From Azolla caroliniana (lineage: Eukaryota; Plantae; Polypodiophyta), in NCBI GenBank assembly GCA_043228905.1, contig JBHGNT010000003.1:15562001-15626000 (forward strand): a DNA stretch of 64,000 nucleotides. Direction: 5' to 3'. The notes under the pieces were generated by a model. It was not told the origin of the DNA, did not search any database, and worked only from the letters and a program-made list of their open reading frames with translations. Shown piece after piece: positions 10,761 through 23,900 of this stretch. Made by a program: the position numbers and the translations under genes. Within the stretch, counting starts at the first letter, position 1. The number at the start of each line of letters is the position of its first letter.

Positions 10761-13702
10761 TGTTACCCCGTATGAGTCACACCCACCATGTCTATCTTTA
10801 TCATCAATCATCATGATTATCATAAATGTTAACCCTAACCCTAAAACCTACAACACTTGGCGACCACGATGGCGACCCCCCTTTGGAGACGGAGTCGAAG
10901 AATGATACGCGGATGTGCAAGCCATAGCGACTAAGTGCAAGAAATGGCGAAATGCGAAAATGACGGTGAAGATGTTGGAAGAAGTCTATGGAGGAATGCA
11001 TGAATGGCAACAATGTTTGTGCGAGGTTGTGATTAGTGTCCATGTGCGTGTTTCCGAAAGCGGTTAGCGACAATGTGCGTGTTCTCAAAAGCGTGGTGCA
11101 AGATGCATGGCTGGACAAACAACAACGCAGAGGGAACCGGTGCCAGCACGACCGGAAAGAGAAGCCCACCAGGAGACTGTGGAGAAAGTCTCAGTGTGTG
11201 GAGCAGTGACCGGCAGGATGTGTTGAGAATGCACGGGCAATGGTTCCAGAAGAAACAACGCGGAGAGAGTCGGAACCGGAATCGGAACAAGAACCAGAGT
11301 TGGTTAACACAGAAGGACCATAGAAGACAGAGAAGAGATGCAAATGCAAACCAGACATCGACGACCAGAGAAACCAACAACACCGGAAAGACACGGTCGG
11401 AGACACCTAACAGAGAAGAAGACCACCGGACAAACAGAGACATGGATGTCGACTGCGATAGAGATGCCACACAAAGACCATGGGCAATGCAAAATGGCGG
11501 AACCAGAGACAAAGTCCCGGAAGGACACGGCCAACTAGACAAACACAGCCAGAAAGACGAAGGACTGGACCAGATCAGACAAACGGTCAGACGAAATGGG
11601 CGGTCAACAAACAACAAAAGAGGCGACTGGCAAACCCGGACGGAGACAAAGACACCGACACGACGTAGCCAGAAATGGAGAAGTCAGACGAGACAACGTG
11701 ATGCAGAAAGCTACAGATGGGAGCAAGGGAGCCGAAGACACAGACGTGGACTCGAATGGATGGAAACCAATAGAGACGGTGATGGAGTCCGCAACGGAGT
11801 GGTAGCTTGACAATGGCCAAGGCATAGACAAAAAAGGCCGGAGAGGCCGGCAAGCGGCGGCCAAACCGAGGGTCGAACAGTGGAAAGAGACAGTCGGACA
11901 AGGGAAAATGAAGAGAGAGACACCTACGGAGATGGCCGGAAGCAACCGAAGGACCGACCAGAAGGGCCGGAAAGGCAAAAGGATAGCTGAATACCGGCCG
12001 GTGCGATGGCGACGGCTGAACAATTGATGACCGAACAATCGACGGCCAGATCAGAGATGACGCTGAAACGAAGGGCCGAGCAGACACATGACAATGAGTG
12101 GAACTGACAACCAGATGGGTCAAACAACAGATAGCCGATAAAACAGTCAGAGAGAGCCAGACGTGGACAACAGAAAGTGCTGGAGATAGAGACGGCAACC
12201 TATGAACAGGCATCGGATAGTGCCGGACAAAGGCGACAATGGTCAGAATGGAGGCGGCCGGAATAGCCAAACAGTCATCAAAGTGGCCGAACCTGCGACG
12301 ACCAGACAACCAACAACCAGAGTAGTGGCTGAATAGGTGATGACTAGAGACCGGACAGACAGGGCCAACAAAGATAGTGACTATGACAACCAACAACGAC
12401 AAGGCATGGACGAACGGAGAGATGGATAGCAAATGGCACCAGACAATGGAAGCAGTGAGGGCAATAGAAGCAAACGAAGCAGGACAAAGAAGAAGAGAGA
12501 AGAGAAAACGCAAAACAAAGCAAGAAGAAGATGGAGAAGGAGAAGGGATCATGAAAGAGAAGGACGCAGAGGAGAGAGAAGCAAAATCTGACACAGAGAA
12601 GACAAGATCCGCAGACAGGAAGAGAAAGAAGAGAAAGACAGGAAAAAGATGGAAAGACAAAGAAAAGAGCGGGAGAGGCAAAACAGAAAAAAAGGAATGA
12701 AGAAATGTAGAAAGAAGAAGAAGAGGGAAAAAAGAGATGATAAGGGGCATATGTTGAGGGCATACGTGAGAATTTCAATTACGTAGGGGTATTGAACAGA
12801 ATTTTTTTTAAAAATTATGAGGACGTACCGAGAAAATTTCATCAACATAAGGGTACATATCAACATTTTAAAAAAACAAGAGGGCACCACCAAAATTTTG
12901 AAAATCCCCAAGACTACTCACACACACTCAAAACAAAGGAAGAACATACATATACACGACATGATTTTGGACCCATGACGAAGTTCGTAAACCGACATAA
13001 CGAGAATGTTCATGTCGTGGAAAGATTTGCTAACTGACAAAGATGTTCGAGTCAAGCACTCTGATCGAGGGAGTCGATCGTTGAAAGGACCGATGGAAGT
13101 TCCGGTTGAAGAAATATCATCATCAAGGCATGTGGGATCGACGTGCAAGGCACTCTCCCACGGGCGTGCCATATTGTGTTACCCTGTACGAGATGTACGG
13201 AGAGTCAAGCGTGATGAGCGAGGGTCGAATGTTATCATGATGTTGTTGTGTATGTGTAGGGGGCATAAATGTAATTGTGAGTCTATACGTATGTGAACAC
13301 ATGCACACGTGTGTGCATGTGGATGGATACGAGGTGTGAGTGAGTGTCCAGTATGAATGCTCGAGGGGGCTTACACCCCTATATATCTACCCCCTTTTGT
13401 ACCTATTTAACCCCTTATGGGGAATGAATGAATACAACAATAATCATTTCTCTCTCTCTTTGACATCTTTCTCTCTCTCTCTCTCTCTCTCTCCCCCCCT
13501 TAATGTTGAACCCCCTTGGGAGGGGGGTGGAGCCATTCTAGGCACCACCCCCCACCCCGCATTGCTTCTCAATGATTCTCAACCTCTTCATGATCTCTCT
13601 CACCATCATACTCTCCATCGTCGTCACACCCACCATGTCTATCTTTATCATCAAACATCATGATTATCATAAATGTTAACCCTAACCCTAAAACCTACAA
13701 CA
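10761..13702 (+). mobile_element. Non-autonomous LTR element (LARD/TRIM-like) with an internally deleted 5' LTR
   Basis: TSD TGAGA (10756-10760 / 13703-13707). 3' LTR is 13177-13702; 5' LTR 10761-10855 keeps only its two ends. PBS-like TGGCGACC follows the 5' LTR. No gag/pol motifs seen in the purine-rich interior. Confidence 0.85.
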
Positions 13703-14889
13703 TGAGAAGCAGTTTTGATCGGGGGTTAGGTGAAACGATGCACCTGAATCGACCACCCAATATCGATTCTTCGCCGGCAAGGTTGACCTCATTTTGTTCA
13801 CCAATGAACAATGGATCCTCTTCACTCGGTGATGGCTCAGGTGTTCTTTTTGTTTGGGATTTTCTTCGGCTCTACACCATCAGCTCCCCCTTTCTCCTTT
13901 CAAAACTGTCGGCAATTCTTTTGGAAGTGCCCCGGCTTCCCATAATAGAAGCACGTAGGCCTTCACCTTCGCCTTCACTTCGACTTTGTCTCCGATTTAT
14001 CTCCATTTGGGGGACTTCGATTTCGGCCTCTTCCTCGATTCGTGTCTCTTTCTGTGACTAAGGCCTTCAGGTCGGCATTGGACTCTCGGTCCTTCTGGCG
14101 AGCTTCCTCATTGAGTAAACTTGACTTCACCTGCTCTAGGGACAGATGGTTCCAGTCCGATCTGGCATTGCCCAAAGTGACAACGAGCGTCTCCCAACTG
14201 TCCGGAAGGGATCCCAACAACAATAGTGCTAATACCTCATCACCTAGAGGTACTTCTAGAGAGGCATTAATATGCTCCGCCATGTTGGAACCGTCTTAAT
14301 ACCTTAGTCTCACGATTTTTCTGAAAACTGAGACTTTGTTCACAGCGTTTTTGTTTTCAAACATTATGTCCATCTTCTTCCATAGGACATCCACTTTTGT
14401 TTCTTCACCGAAGTTGTTGTACAGACTCATGTCTATAAAGCACCTTACATATGCGGCTGCCTTTAGATGCAACACTTCCTAATTCGCTGCATCGATCTTG
14501 TCTAGCCTTTTATCTCCGAACTACACTGACAGTCAGAGGTCTTTCCACACAAGCATGTCTCTCATCTTCGACTTTCACACTGGGTAGTTGGAGCCCATTA
14601 ACTTAAACATGCCACCGAACGAGTCTTCCATCACTTTGATACCACTTTGTGAAGATCATGACCGACCACAACCGGTTTTGCTCTCAAATATGTGTTCGGG
14701 TGCAAAGAGAAATGAGCAAGGTAATGCTCAGACAGAAGAGAACAGAAAATGAGAAACTCAGAAAGGAGAGACAAGTATTTAACGTGGGAAAACCCGAATG
14801 GGAAAAAACCACGTGGACTCCACAAACTCCAAACAACTCGCTATGATGAGAGGAAGTACGATAAGAAACTCTAAGGTAACGCCCTTAAG

Positions 14890-17455
14890 ATCATCTTCGT
14901 CTGACAGAAAAATGGTTTGATTGTGAGAAGGCTATTGAAGATAATAAACAACCACACTTGAGCATGAACCTTAAGCGAGCGCCCATGTATTCCAAGATGG
15001 TTGAGGATATGTTACAAATGACAAAGATACAACATGGTCTCACACTAGAATGCAAATGGGAAGCATTCAAGAAAGTCATTCTCTCCTGTACAAACAAATG
15101 TATTTCGACCAACCGCACATCTTGGAAATGCACCGAGAAACTTAGGAAAAAATGGTTTGATAATGAACGTCGTGAAGCTGGAAAGTGCCTTATGGTTTTG
15201 AATGTAGTTAAGGATAAAGAGAATTACCAAAAACATTTGCATGAGTATAAAAGGCTTATTCAAAGAAAGAGAAGAATATGGGAAGTTACTCAACAATTTA
15301 TCTAAACGCAAGAGAAAGCACATGCATGTGCTAAATTTTGGGGAAATCTAAAGGGGAAACGTGTTAAGAGTTATGGTGACTTAACTCTTCATGACTTGTC
15401 TATGCATTGTAAGAATTTATATGAGTTATCTCTTGCCGAAAAGATGATGTGTTATGGTTCTCTTTCACATATGTCTCCCTTCTTTACAATTGAAGATATA
15501 TGCATAGGACTTAAGAAATTGGCCTCTCGAAAGGCAAGCGATCTTCAATGTATAAAGGTTGAAATGCTGAAATAGACAGGAAAGGAAGCACATGTATGGA
15601 TAAGCGATATCTTTAATGATGCATTGCAACATGGTATGCCGTACGATTGGACTACAAATTGGATCAAACCTTTACATAAAGGTGGAGATGTAAATAATGT
15701 AAACAATATAAATAACTATCAAACCATCATGGTTGGCTCATAATGGCAAAACTATTTGGATGTATAATGGAATCAAAGATAAGTGTATGGGCTGAAAAAA
15801 AATGGTAAGAGAGCTTATAGACAAGTTGGCTTTCGAAAACACCATAACACCATTGATCACCTTGTCACCCTTTCAGTAGTAATGGAGGAAAGTCGCCTTA
15901 GAGGTAAAGGTTTATATTATTGCTTTATAGACTTCAAGAAAGCTTTTGATATGGTACCTCGTGAGCATCTTTGGAGGCAAATGGAAGAACTTGAGGTGCC
16001 AAGTGACTATATATAAGAGATAAACTTTCCGATTTTTTCAAAAGCACTATTGGTGTTAAGCAAGGATGCCCACTCTCACCAACACTATTTGGTCTATGCA
16101 TTGATGAATTGGAAGAAATGGTTACCAAGTTTGCAAAGGAAGAATATGTTGAAGAAGTTGCCATTGGGAATGTTGTGATTATGCTTTTGCTATATGCAGA
16201 TGATGTACTGCTTTTTGCAAATACTTTAGGAGATGCACAAAAGGTTATGAAGGCATTGGAAAAAAATTGCATGCATACTAAATTAAGTGTCAATAGCTCT
16301 AAAACAAAGATTATGCTTGTGAAGAGCCAAAAAAGAGATAAGCCATGCATTATGTACAACAATGAGCCACTTGAATGTGTGGAAAGCTTCAAATATCTTG
16401 GCCTTGAAGTTCCTTCAAATCATAGATGGAATGGATGTGCTACACGCTGCTTAGAGCCGGGTAAGCGAGCATACTATGCATTTGAGAACACATGCAATCT
16501 TGGAGATATTAAGTGTTGAGTCCTCAAGAAATATCTTTTCGACACTTTGGTGACACCGGTTGTTCTCTATGGGGTGGAAGTATGGGGCGGTAGCATCCCT
16601 AAATCTATGTGGAAAGAGTTTGAAAATTTCCTAAAACATTTTCTTACAAAGTTTCTACAAGTTAAGAAACAAGCACCCTACACCCTCCTCCTTGGCCATG
16701 GAAAGGATTGTTGAATACATGCTTAAGGTTCAAAAACGCCCCTCACATCGACTTCCTAGAATTGTATGGGAAGCAAACAAAAAGATCCAAAAGATGCATA
16801 AAAGCAAAATTTTGTGTTCCGTTGGATGCAAGATATAGAAATATGGTTTGGTAGATGGGATATGAGACACTTGCTTCATGATGCATAACTAGATTCCTCT
16901 ATAAATGGGGCCTTTTTGTAACACCAATGTATCATGACATGGGACAAATGTGGAGGCTCACGCTTCACACATTATACTACACATTTTGCACCTAACTACA
17001 AAACCATATTCTTTGTGGAACAGGGTAATAGTACACATCGATACATGTTAGATCCCATACCATTATTTGCCATTCGAACCATTGCTTCCATGCGACTTAG
17101 CTCACATGCATTGCGATGTGAGACAGGCCATTGGGGCACAAGTGATGAGAGTGGTCGACTATGCACACTTCACCCTAAACAAGTTCGCGAGTCTGAGTAT
17201 CACACTTTGATACAATGCTCTGCCTTTGATCATATTCGACCATGCTTTCCGCATCTCTTTGACCGAGCCCAATCCTTGCATGAATTCCTCTCACAACCAC
17301 AATGTCTACTCTCGATTGCAATATTCATTGGTAAAGTTCTTGACCATCGAGAGTCACTACTCACTTTCACACGTATCATGTGAAATGTAATATTTTTGGT
17401 CTCATAGGTCATATTTGACCTTCGAAGACGATACTATAATCTATCTATCTATCTC
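14890..17455 (+). mobile_element. 5'-truncated, degenerate non-LTR retrotransposon (RTE/RTEX-like RT) inserted in a Copia LTR
   Basis: Motifs GFRKHHNTIDH, CFIDFKKAFDMV, GVKQGCPLSPTLF, LLYADD, FKYLG and a C-terminal RLC...ESEYHTLIQC; 3' tail (CTAT)n at ~17440-17455; boundaries approximate. Confidence 0.85.
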
Positions 17456-18691
17456 TCTCCTGGTTACAGAGGAACCAACCTTCTGTAACCTTTCAACTAT
17501 AATGATTCAACTACACCTTAAGGTTTTCCCTAGTTGTTTATATACTAAGACAACTTTCTGGCTATTTATAAGTATAGCCGACAAGGGCACATTAGGACTA
17601 TTTAGAAATATAGTCTTTAGAATCGGCTTATGAAATCAATTCTCGATTGTCGATCTCGGGCTCGGCCGAAATACTCATTGACTCCATCCGATTCGGTTCG
17701 TTCTCTTCTTCCCATCTGGAGGGGCCTGTTTTTCCCAACACATAATTGGAATCTGAATCCAGAACAACTGAAGAACCCAGAAAATCTGGATCGGCTAAAG
17801 AAGTCGAGGATGGATCGGACAAGAGAACAAGTGGAAGTAGATCGGCTAATTATAGACTAGCCAGATACATGGAAAGCGGCCAAAAGAACAAGCCGGAGCC
17901 GAAGTCAACCGAACAAGGGGGAGGCAGAGCAAAGAAAGGCAATGCAGGTGGCAGAGGTCAGAAGGGGAGAGCTGACCTGAAGATGAAGGCCAGGAGGAGT
18001 ACGTGGTTAGATGTGCTCAAGGGCTTAAAAGAGGACGAATTGGAGACAAACAATTCGATCAGGAGTGGTAACGAATTGAAGACAACCAATCTGGTTAAAG
18101 GTAGTGATCCAGATGAGACGGATCATGTGAAAGCCAAGCAGACAAGGAGGCAGTCGAAACAACGCCGATACGGAGGAGTCGACTGGTCGAGGGGTGCCAA
18201 TATTGCTACAACGCGGTGGAACCGATAAGGGCTTGAAGTGTAGACATGTTGACCGTAGGGATCGAGTTGTGCGGAACCGAACGGTTGGAGGAGCGTTGGA
18301 CCACCGGGGTCATGGGACGTGGGACTGAACCAGACGAGGAGCCCGAGCAAGGCGTGAAGACGCCAAGAGAAGTTGACTGAAGGCTGGAACCGACTAAAGC
18401 GGACATAGGGAACCGACCTCAAGTTGAGCTTGAGGGTGAGTTTTGAGTGTGTTAGGAAATTGGTCCCTCCAGATGGAGAGATAAGACGAATAATTCGATG
18501 GCTAACTCAGTCCAAGCCGATAGCCTGAAGCCGAAAAATCGACTAATCGAAAATTGATTCGGCTAATAGTCAAATCGGTCGAAGTTGACTCAAGGCTATA
18601 TTTGTAAATAGTAATTTATGTATATGAGTATATATATATGTAAAGAATCGATGGTGATTCTTGTGCACCAGAATAGGTTAGAGATGTGTGT

Positions 18692-18752
<61 letters not shown>

Positions 18753-20944
18753 AGAGACACACACACACAAGATTGATAATGGAAAATACTCAAGAAGAGA
18801 TTCTATATTACAAAGGAGATTAACCAAACTAATTACAAAGTAGGAGGAGAGTGCTTTATATAGTCACTCTCTCTCTTGATTAACTACCGAAGCTCATGAG
18901 TCATGGGAATGTGGAAACTCATTAGTTATTTGTCATAGAATATGATTCTATGACACATAGTTAATGTATAGAGAGTAGTGGTGTGATTTTTGACCTTTGA
19001 GTGTTCATACACTCTCAAGGGTGTGTTCCCACATTAGACTAGGTTGAGCTTGATTTTATACACGCCCCCTCAAGCTCAACTTTGGTCGGCTTGTCCGCTT
19101 CGACTGGTACCCGGTTCGGACGGTATTCAATTCTCTCTTGTTTGGTGTCTACTTTAGCTGATACCCAGTTCAGACGTACCCCCCCTCAATCTTGGCAAGT
19201 CTGGGATCATCAATCCAAGGTTTGACATGAATTACCAAAGCTTGTCGGCTCCTACGGCTTTGGTGAAGATGTCGGCTATCTCAAGATTCGTGTTGATGTG
19301 TTAAAGGTCGACATCTCCAGCTTGAACGTGCTCTCGAATGACGTGATAGTGCACTTCGATATGCTTCGTGCATGCATGGAACACTGGGTTCCGAGCTAGA
19401 TGAATATTGCTCATGTTGTCACAATAAAGGGGAATTGGATCTTTGATGGGAACACCCAGATCCTAGAATATCCTCTTGAGCCATACGGCTTCACATGCAG
19501 CCACCACTGTGCCCCTATATTCAGCCTTTGTGCTCGAAAGAGCAACGGTTGGTCGCTTCTTGCTACTCCAGGAGATGGCTCCACTTCCGAGGGAGAAGAC
19601 GAAACCAAAGGTTGATCGTCGATCAGTTTTGTAGCCGGCCCAATCGGCATCTGTGTACCCTTCGAGTTGAATGAGTGTGGCCGACTTATAGAGAATACCA
19701 TGTCCATCGTTCCACTCACATATCGTAGCACTCGCTTAGCACAATCCAAATGGATATCTCGTGGAGTTTGCATGAATTGGCTAATGAGGCCGACTGGATA
19801 GCTAAGGTCAGGTCGAGTGATCGTGAGGTAAATGAGACTCCAACAAGTTGTCGATAGTGTGTTGGCTCACACTCCGTGGTGCCAGAAGTAGCATCTAGTT
19901 TGAGGTTTCGATCAAGAGGGGTTACCACCGATTTCCACTCGGTCATCCTGAACTTGTATAACAAGTTGAGTATGTATAGTCATTGAGAGATCATTACTCC
20001 GGTTGGAGTCCAAATTACCTCAATGCCAAGGAAGTCATGGAGCTCTTTCATGTCCGTCATCTCGAATTTGTTGGAGAGGAGGGACTTGTCCTTGTTGATG
20101 TCGACTAGATGTTCACCTCCAATGACCAGATCATGCACATATAGGATGATGACAATCGGACTTTCGGAATCGCTTCTTACATAGAGAGAATTGTCGGATT
20201 TTGACATTCGAAAGCCGATTCGATGAAGATATTGTGTTATCTTCGAGTGCCAAGCACGTGGTGCTTGCCTAAGGCTGTAGAGAGGCTTCTTGAATAGGCT
20301 GACGGCTTTCGGATGAATATTGGATTCGAAGTCGGGTGGTTGTACCATGTACACCTCCTCTTCTAATTCTCCTTGAAGAAAGGCATTCTTGACATCCATC
20401 TAGAGGAGGTGCCACCCATTCCCTGCAACAAGTGCCATTACGGTCCGCATGGTTGTCATCTTTGCCACCGGGGCAAAGGTCTCTTCATAGTCGACTCCCT
20501 GTCAGGAATAGTACTAAAACAGAGATGGAATTAGTACTAAGAAGAGTAGTACTATTAGTACTAAGAGGACGGGACTGCGTAAGATTCCCGAGAGAGAGAG
20601 AGGAAGTGAGAAGAGGAGAGAGAGAGGGAAATAGGATGATGACAGCAGCTCTTATATTATATGAAAAGATAAGTACAAATCGACTAAGAGGCTTAAGACT
20701 GGTGTTGAACCAATTTGGTTCAACATAATGCTTAATGCCTTCTTTTATAGTGTTCTCAGGAATAATCCTGAAGCTTCTAGAATGTTCCAGAGAAATCTGG
20801 AATATACATTACTTTCTTATAATAAAACATAAATGAAAATAATATTCTATGAATTACAATAGATGGTGAGATGGTTAAGAGCTCGACCCATATACCATAA
20901 GGTCATGGGTTCGAGTCTTGCCATCTCATGACACTATCTCCCCC

Positions 20945-23900
20945 TTAAAGACGACGAGTGGAACGAGTCGGCGCTAACTGCGGACCGGGTTTGTCCGGAT
21001 ACTTTCGGTGGAAATCAGCAAGAAGATCTTGTGCATTGGCAACATTCTCGACGGGTTCCCAAGTACGTTCGCTCGGACTATAACCGAGCCAATCGACCAA
21101 GTAATAGAGTTTGTTGCGAACAAGTTTGGAATCGAGGATGGCAGCAACTTCATACTCCGGGCCGGCGTCCAACTCCAGTGGGGGCGGCGGTGGTGTCACA
21201 CGATCGGGAATGGTGTTTGCTTTATAAGGTTCAAGAAGAGAACAATGGAAAACCGGATGTATCTGAAGCTGCGGAGGGAGATCAAGGCGGAAGGTGACAT
21301 CATTAATCTTCCCCGTAATACGGAAAGGACCCAGTCGTCGATAATCCAACTTGTCGCACGGTCGAGTAGTCTTGATGTGACGACGTAAGAGCCATACTCG
21401 ATCTCCGATGGCAAAAGAGGAGGGAATCCGATGACGATCCGCATAAGTCTTCTGTGTGTGTTGAGCATGACGAAGGTGAGTAGAGAGATCCATCTGGATC
21501 TTGCGTAGCCTCTCCAAATGATCCTCGGCACGAGGGTTGGTAGGTAGCTCCGGAGTGTCGATCACCGACCAGCGAGGATGGAAACCGGTATAAGCGAAAA
21601 ATGGGGAGACCCGAGTCGAGGAGTGAATAGCATTATTATACGCAAACTCCGCAAAGTGGAGAATCTCGGCCCAATCGTCCTGTTGATAACTCAGGAAACA
21701 CCGGAGATATTGCTCCAGCGTTTGGTTTGTTCGTTCCGCCTGTCCGTCGGTCTGAGGATGGTAGCCGGAGGAGAGGTTGCAGGAGACCTTGAGCATCTTG
21801 AAGAGATGCTGCCAAAATTTGGAGACAAATTGCGGGCCTCGGTCACTGATAATACTGTCTGGGAGGCCATGATGCCGAAAAACCTCACGCATAACAAGAG
21901 CGGCGGTTTCCTCGCTAGTGATGGCTTTAGTACATGGCACAAAATGTGCCATCTTCGTATATCGATCGACGACGGTTAGGATAGCATCGAACCCTTTCGA
22001 GACCGGCAGATCTGTGATAAAATCAAGACAAATAGACTGCCATGGCTTACTTGGAATTGGTAAAGGTTCCAACAAGCCATATGGATGGTGTCGTGGCATC
22101 TTTGCTCGGCAGCAAGCATCACAGGTCCGAACGTAGTCGTCGACAAAACGGCGCATGTGGGGCCACCAAAAAGATCGCTGCACTAGCTCCAACGTCTTAG
22201 TACTACCGAAATGTCCCGCCGTATGGGTGTCGTGACAATGTTGGACAATTTGAAGGCGACAGGAGCAATCGGGGACATATACGCGCTTTTTAAAGAATAA
22301 CAAACCATCATGATATTCGAATTGTCGGTAGTCAATACCTGGTTGTTGAGACTGAGAACAGGATGCCCGAGAAGTATCAATGTGCGCCAGGATGTCTTGA
22401 GCAAAACTATCCGTCTTCAAGGTTGCACGTATGTCATCGGTAATCCGTGAATCCATCGGGGTGTGAAAAATCCGCGTCGTGTGCAATCGTGTTGGTCCCA
22501 AGATTACTTGCTTTTGATTATCAAATGTTGCTTCACCAGGACGAGGTGCAAGATATGAACGTCGTGATAGTGCATCTGCTTTTCCTTGCTGCTTCCCCGG
22601 TCGATATGTGATTTTGAAGTCGAAACGCGTGAGGAATTGCGCCCACCGAGCTTGCCGTCGATTTAGTACGCGAGCGTTCTGAAAATAAGCAAGATTTTTA
22701 TGATCGCTGAAGACAATGACCTGATGTGGAGAGCCCTCTAAGAAATGCCGCCATTGTACAAATGAATCCACGATGGCTAATAACTCCTTGTCATGTATTT
22801 CGTAGTTGATTTCTGCGACATCGAATTTGCGCGAATGGAAAGCCACCGGATGCAACTCTTCTTTATCACCTTGTTGAGAAAGGATGCTACCGAGGGCGAA
22901 ATCTGATGCGTCGGCCTCCATGATGAATGGTTTGCTTGTATCCACATGAGCTAGAATCGGTGCTGATGTAAAGGCTTTCTTAAGATGCCGAAAAGCCATA
23001 TCTGCTTCAATGGACCAAAGAAATGCTTGGCCCTTCTTCGTAAGTTGTGTGAGAGGTAAAATAATCTTCGAGTAATCCTGTATAAACTTACGGTAGAAGT
23101 TAGCAAAACCTAGAAAACATTGTACATCTCGTACCGACCGTGGAATTTGCCACTCTAGTACAGTTTGGATCTTAGCTGGATCCATGGCGATGCCCTTTGA
23201 GGAGATGACGTAGCCTAGAAATTCCACTTGCTTGCAGTCAAAGCTACATTTTTCTAGCTTGGCATAAAGACCATTCTCGCGGAGTCGCTTTAGTACTAAT
23301 AGTACATGAGAGTCGTGCTCTTCCTGGGTCTTCGAATAAATCAACAGATCATCCAGATAAATGATCAAACAGATATCCAAGAGGTCTCTGAATATATCAT
23401 TTGCCATGTGTTGGAAGACTGCGGGTGCATTGGTTAGGCCAAACGGCATAACAGTATACTCAAAATGCCCATACCGCGTGCGAAAAGCGGTCTTCCACTC
23501 ATCTCCCGGTCGGATCCGCACGAGATTATACGCTCCGCGTAGGTCGATTTTAGTAAAAAACTTGGCACCATTAACTCGCTCTAAAAGACTTGATATAAGA
23601 GGAAGTGCATACCTATTCCGGATGGTGACTTTATTTAATCCGCGGTAATCAACGACAAGACGAAGTGAGCCATCTTTCTTCTTGACAAAGAAGATGGGTG
23701 CACCGGCCGGAGATTTCGAATGACAGATGAACCCGCTTGCCAAGTTCTCCTCTATGTAGGCTCGAAGGACTTCTAACTCGGTGGGTGACAGGTTGTAAAT
23801 TGGTCCCCATGGTGGCTCGGTTCCTGGTTGTAAATCGATGGGACAGTCATAGGGACGGTGATGAGGAAGGGTACCGGCTTTTACCTTGTCAAATACATCG

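Larger units (their letters stand above)
9285..17740 (-). mobile_element. Degenerate Copia of the same family as 1695-7055, 3'-truncated and carrying two nested insertions
   Basis: Fragments match the intact polyprotein (FDEIFASVVKMTSI, LAYVHIAKDQRGKL, GNEGACRIVGIGDV, LPDSWETLVVTL). PBS TGGTATCAAAG at ~14634-14644. 5' LTR runs from 14648 to ...TTCCCAACA at 17740 and is split by a LINE. Confidence 0.85.

Noticed and set aside
11073-12778. Long ORFs (245 aa on +, 387 aa hydrophobic on -) that might be an env-like or antisense gene
   Set aside because: Explained by extreme purine/pyrimidine strand skew and stop-codon scarcity; several overlapping frames are open and no motif is recognisable
20857-20933. 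A genuine tRNA gene inside the chromovirus LTR
   Set aside because: A and B boxes are present but the acceptor and anticodon stems do not pair; reported only as a tRNA-like module
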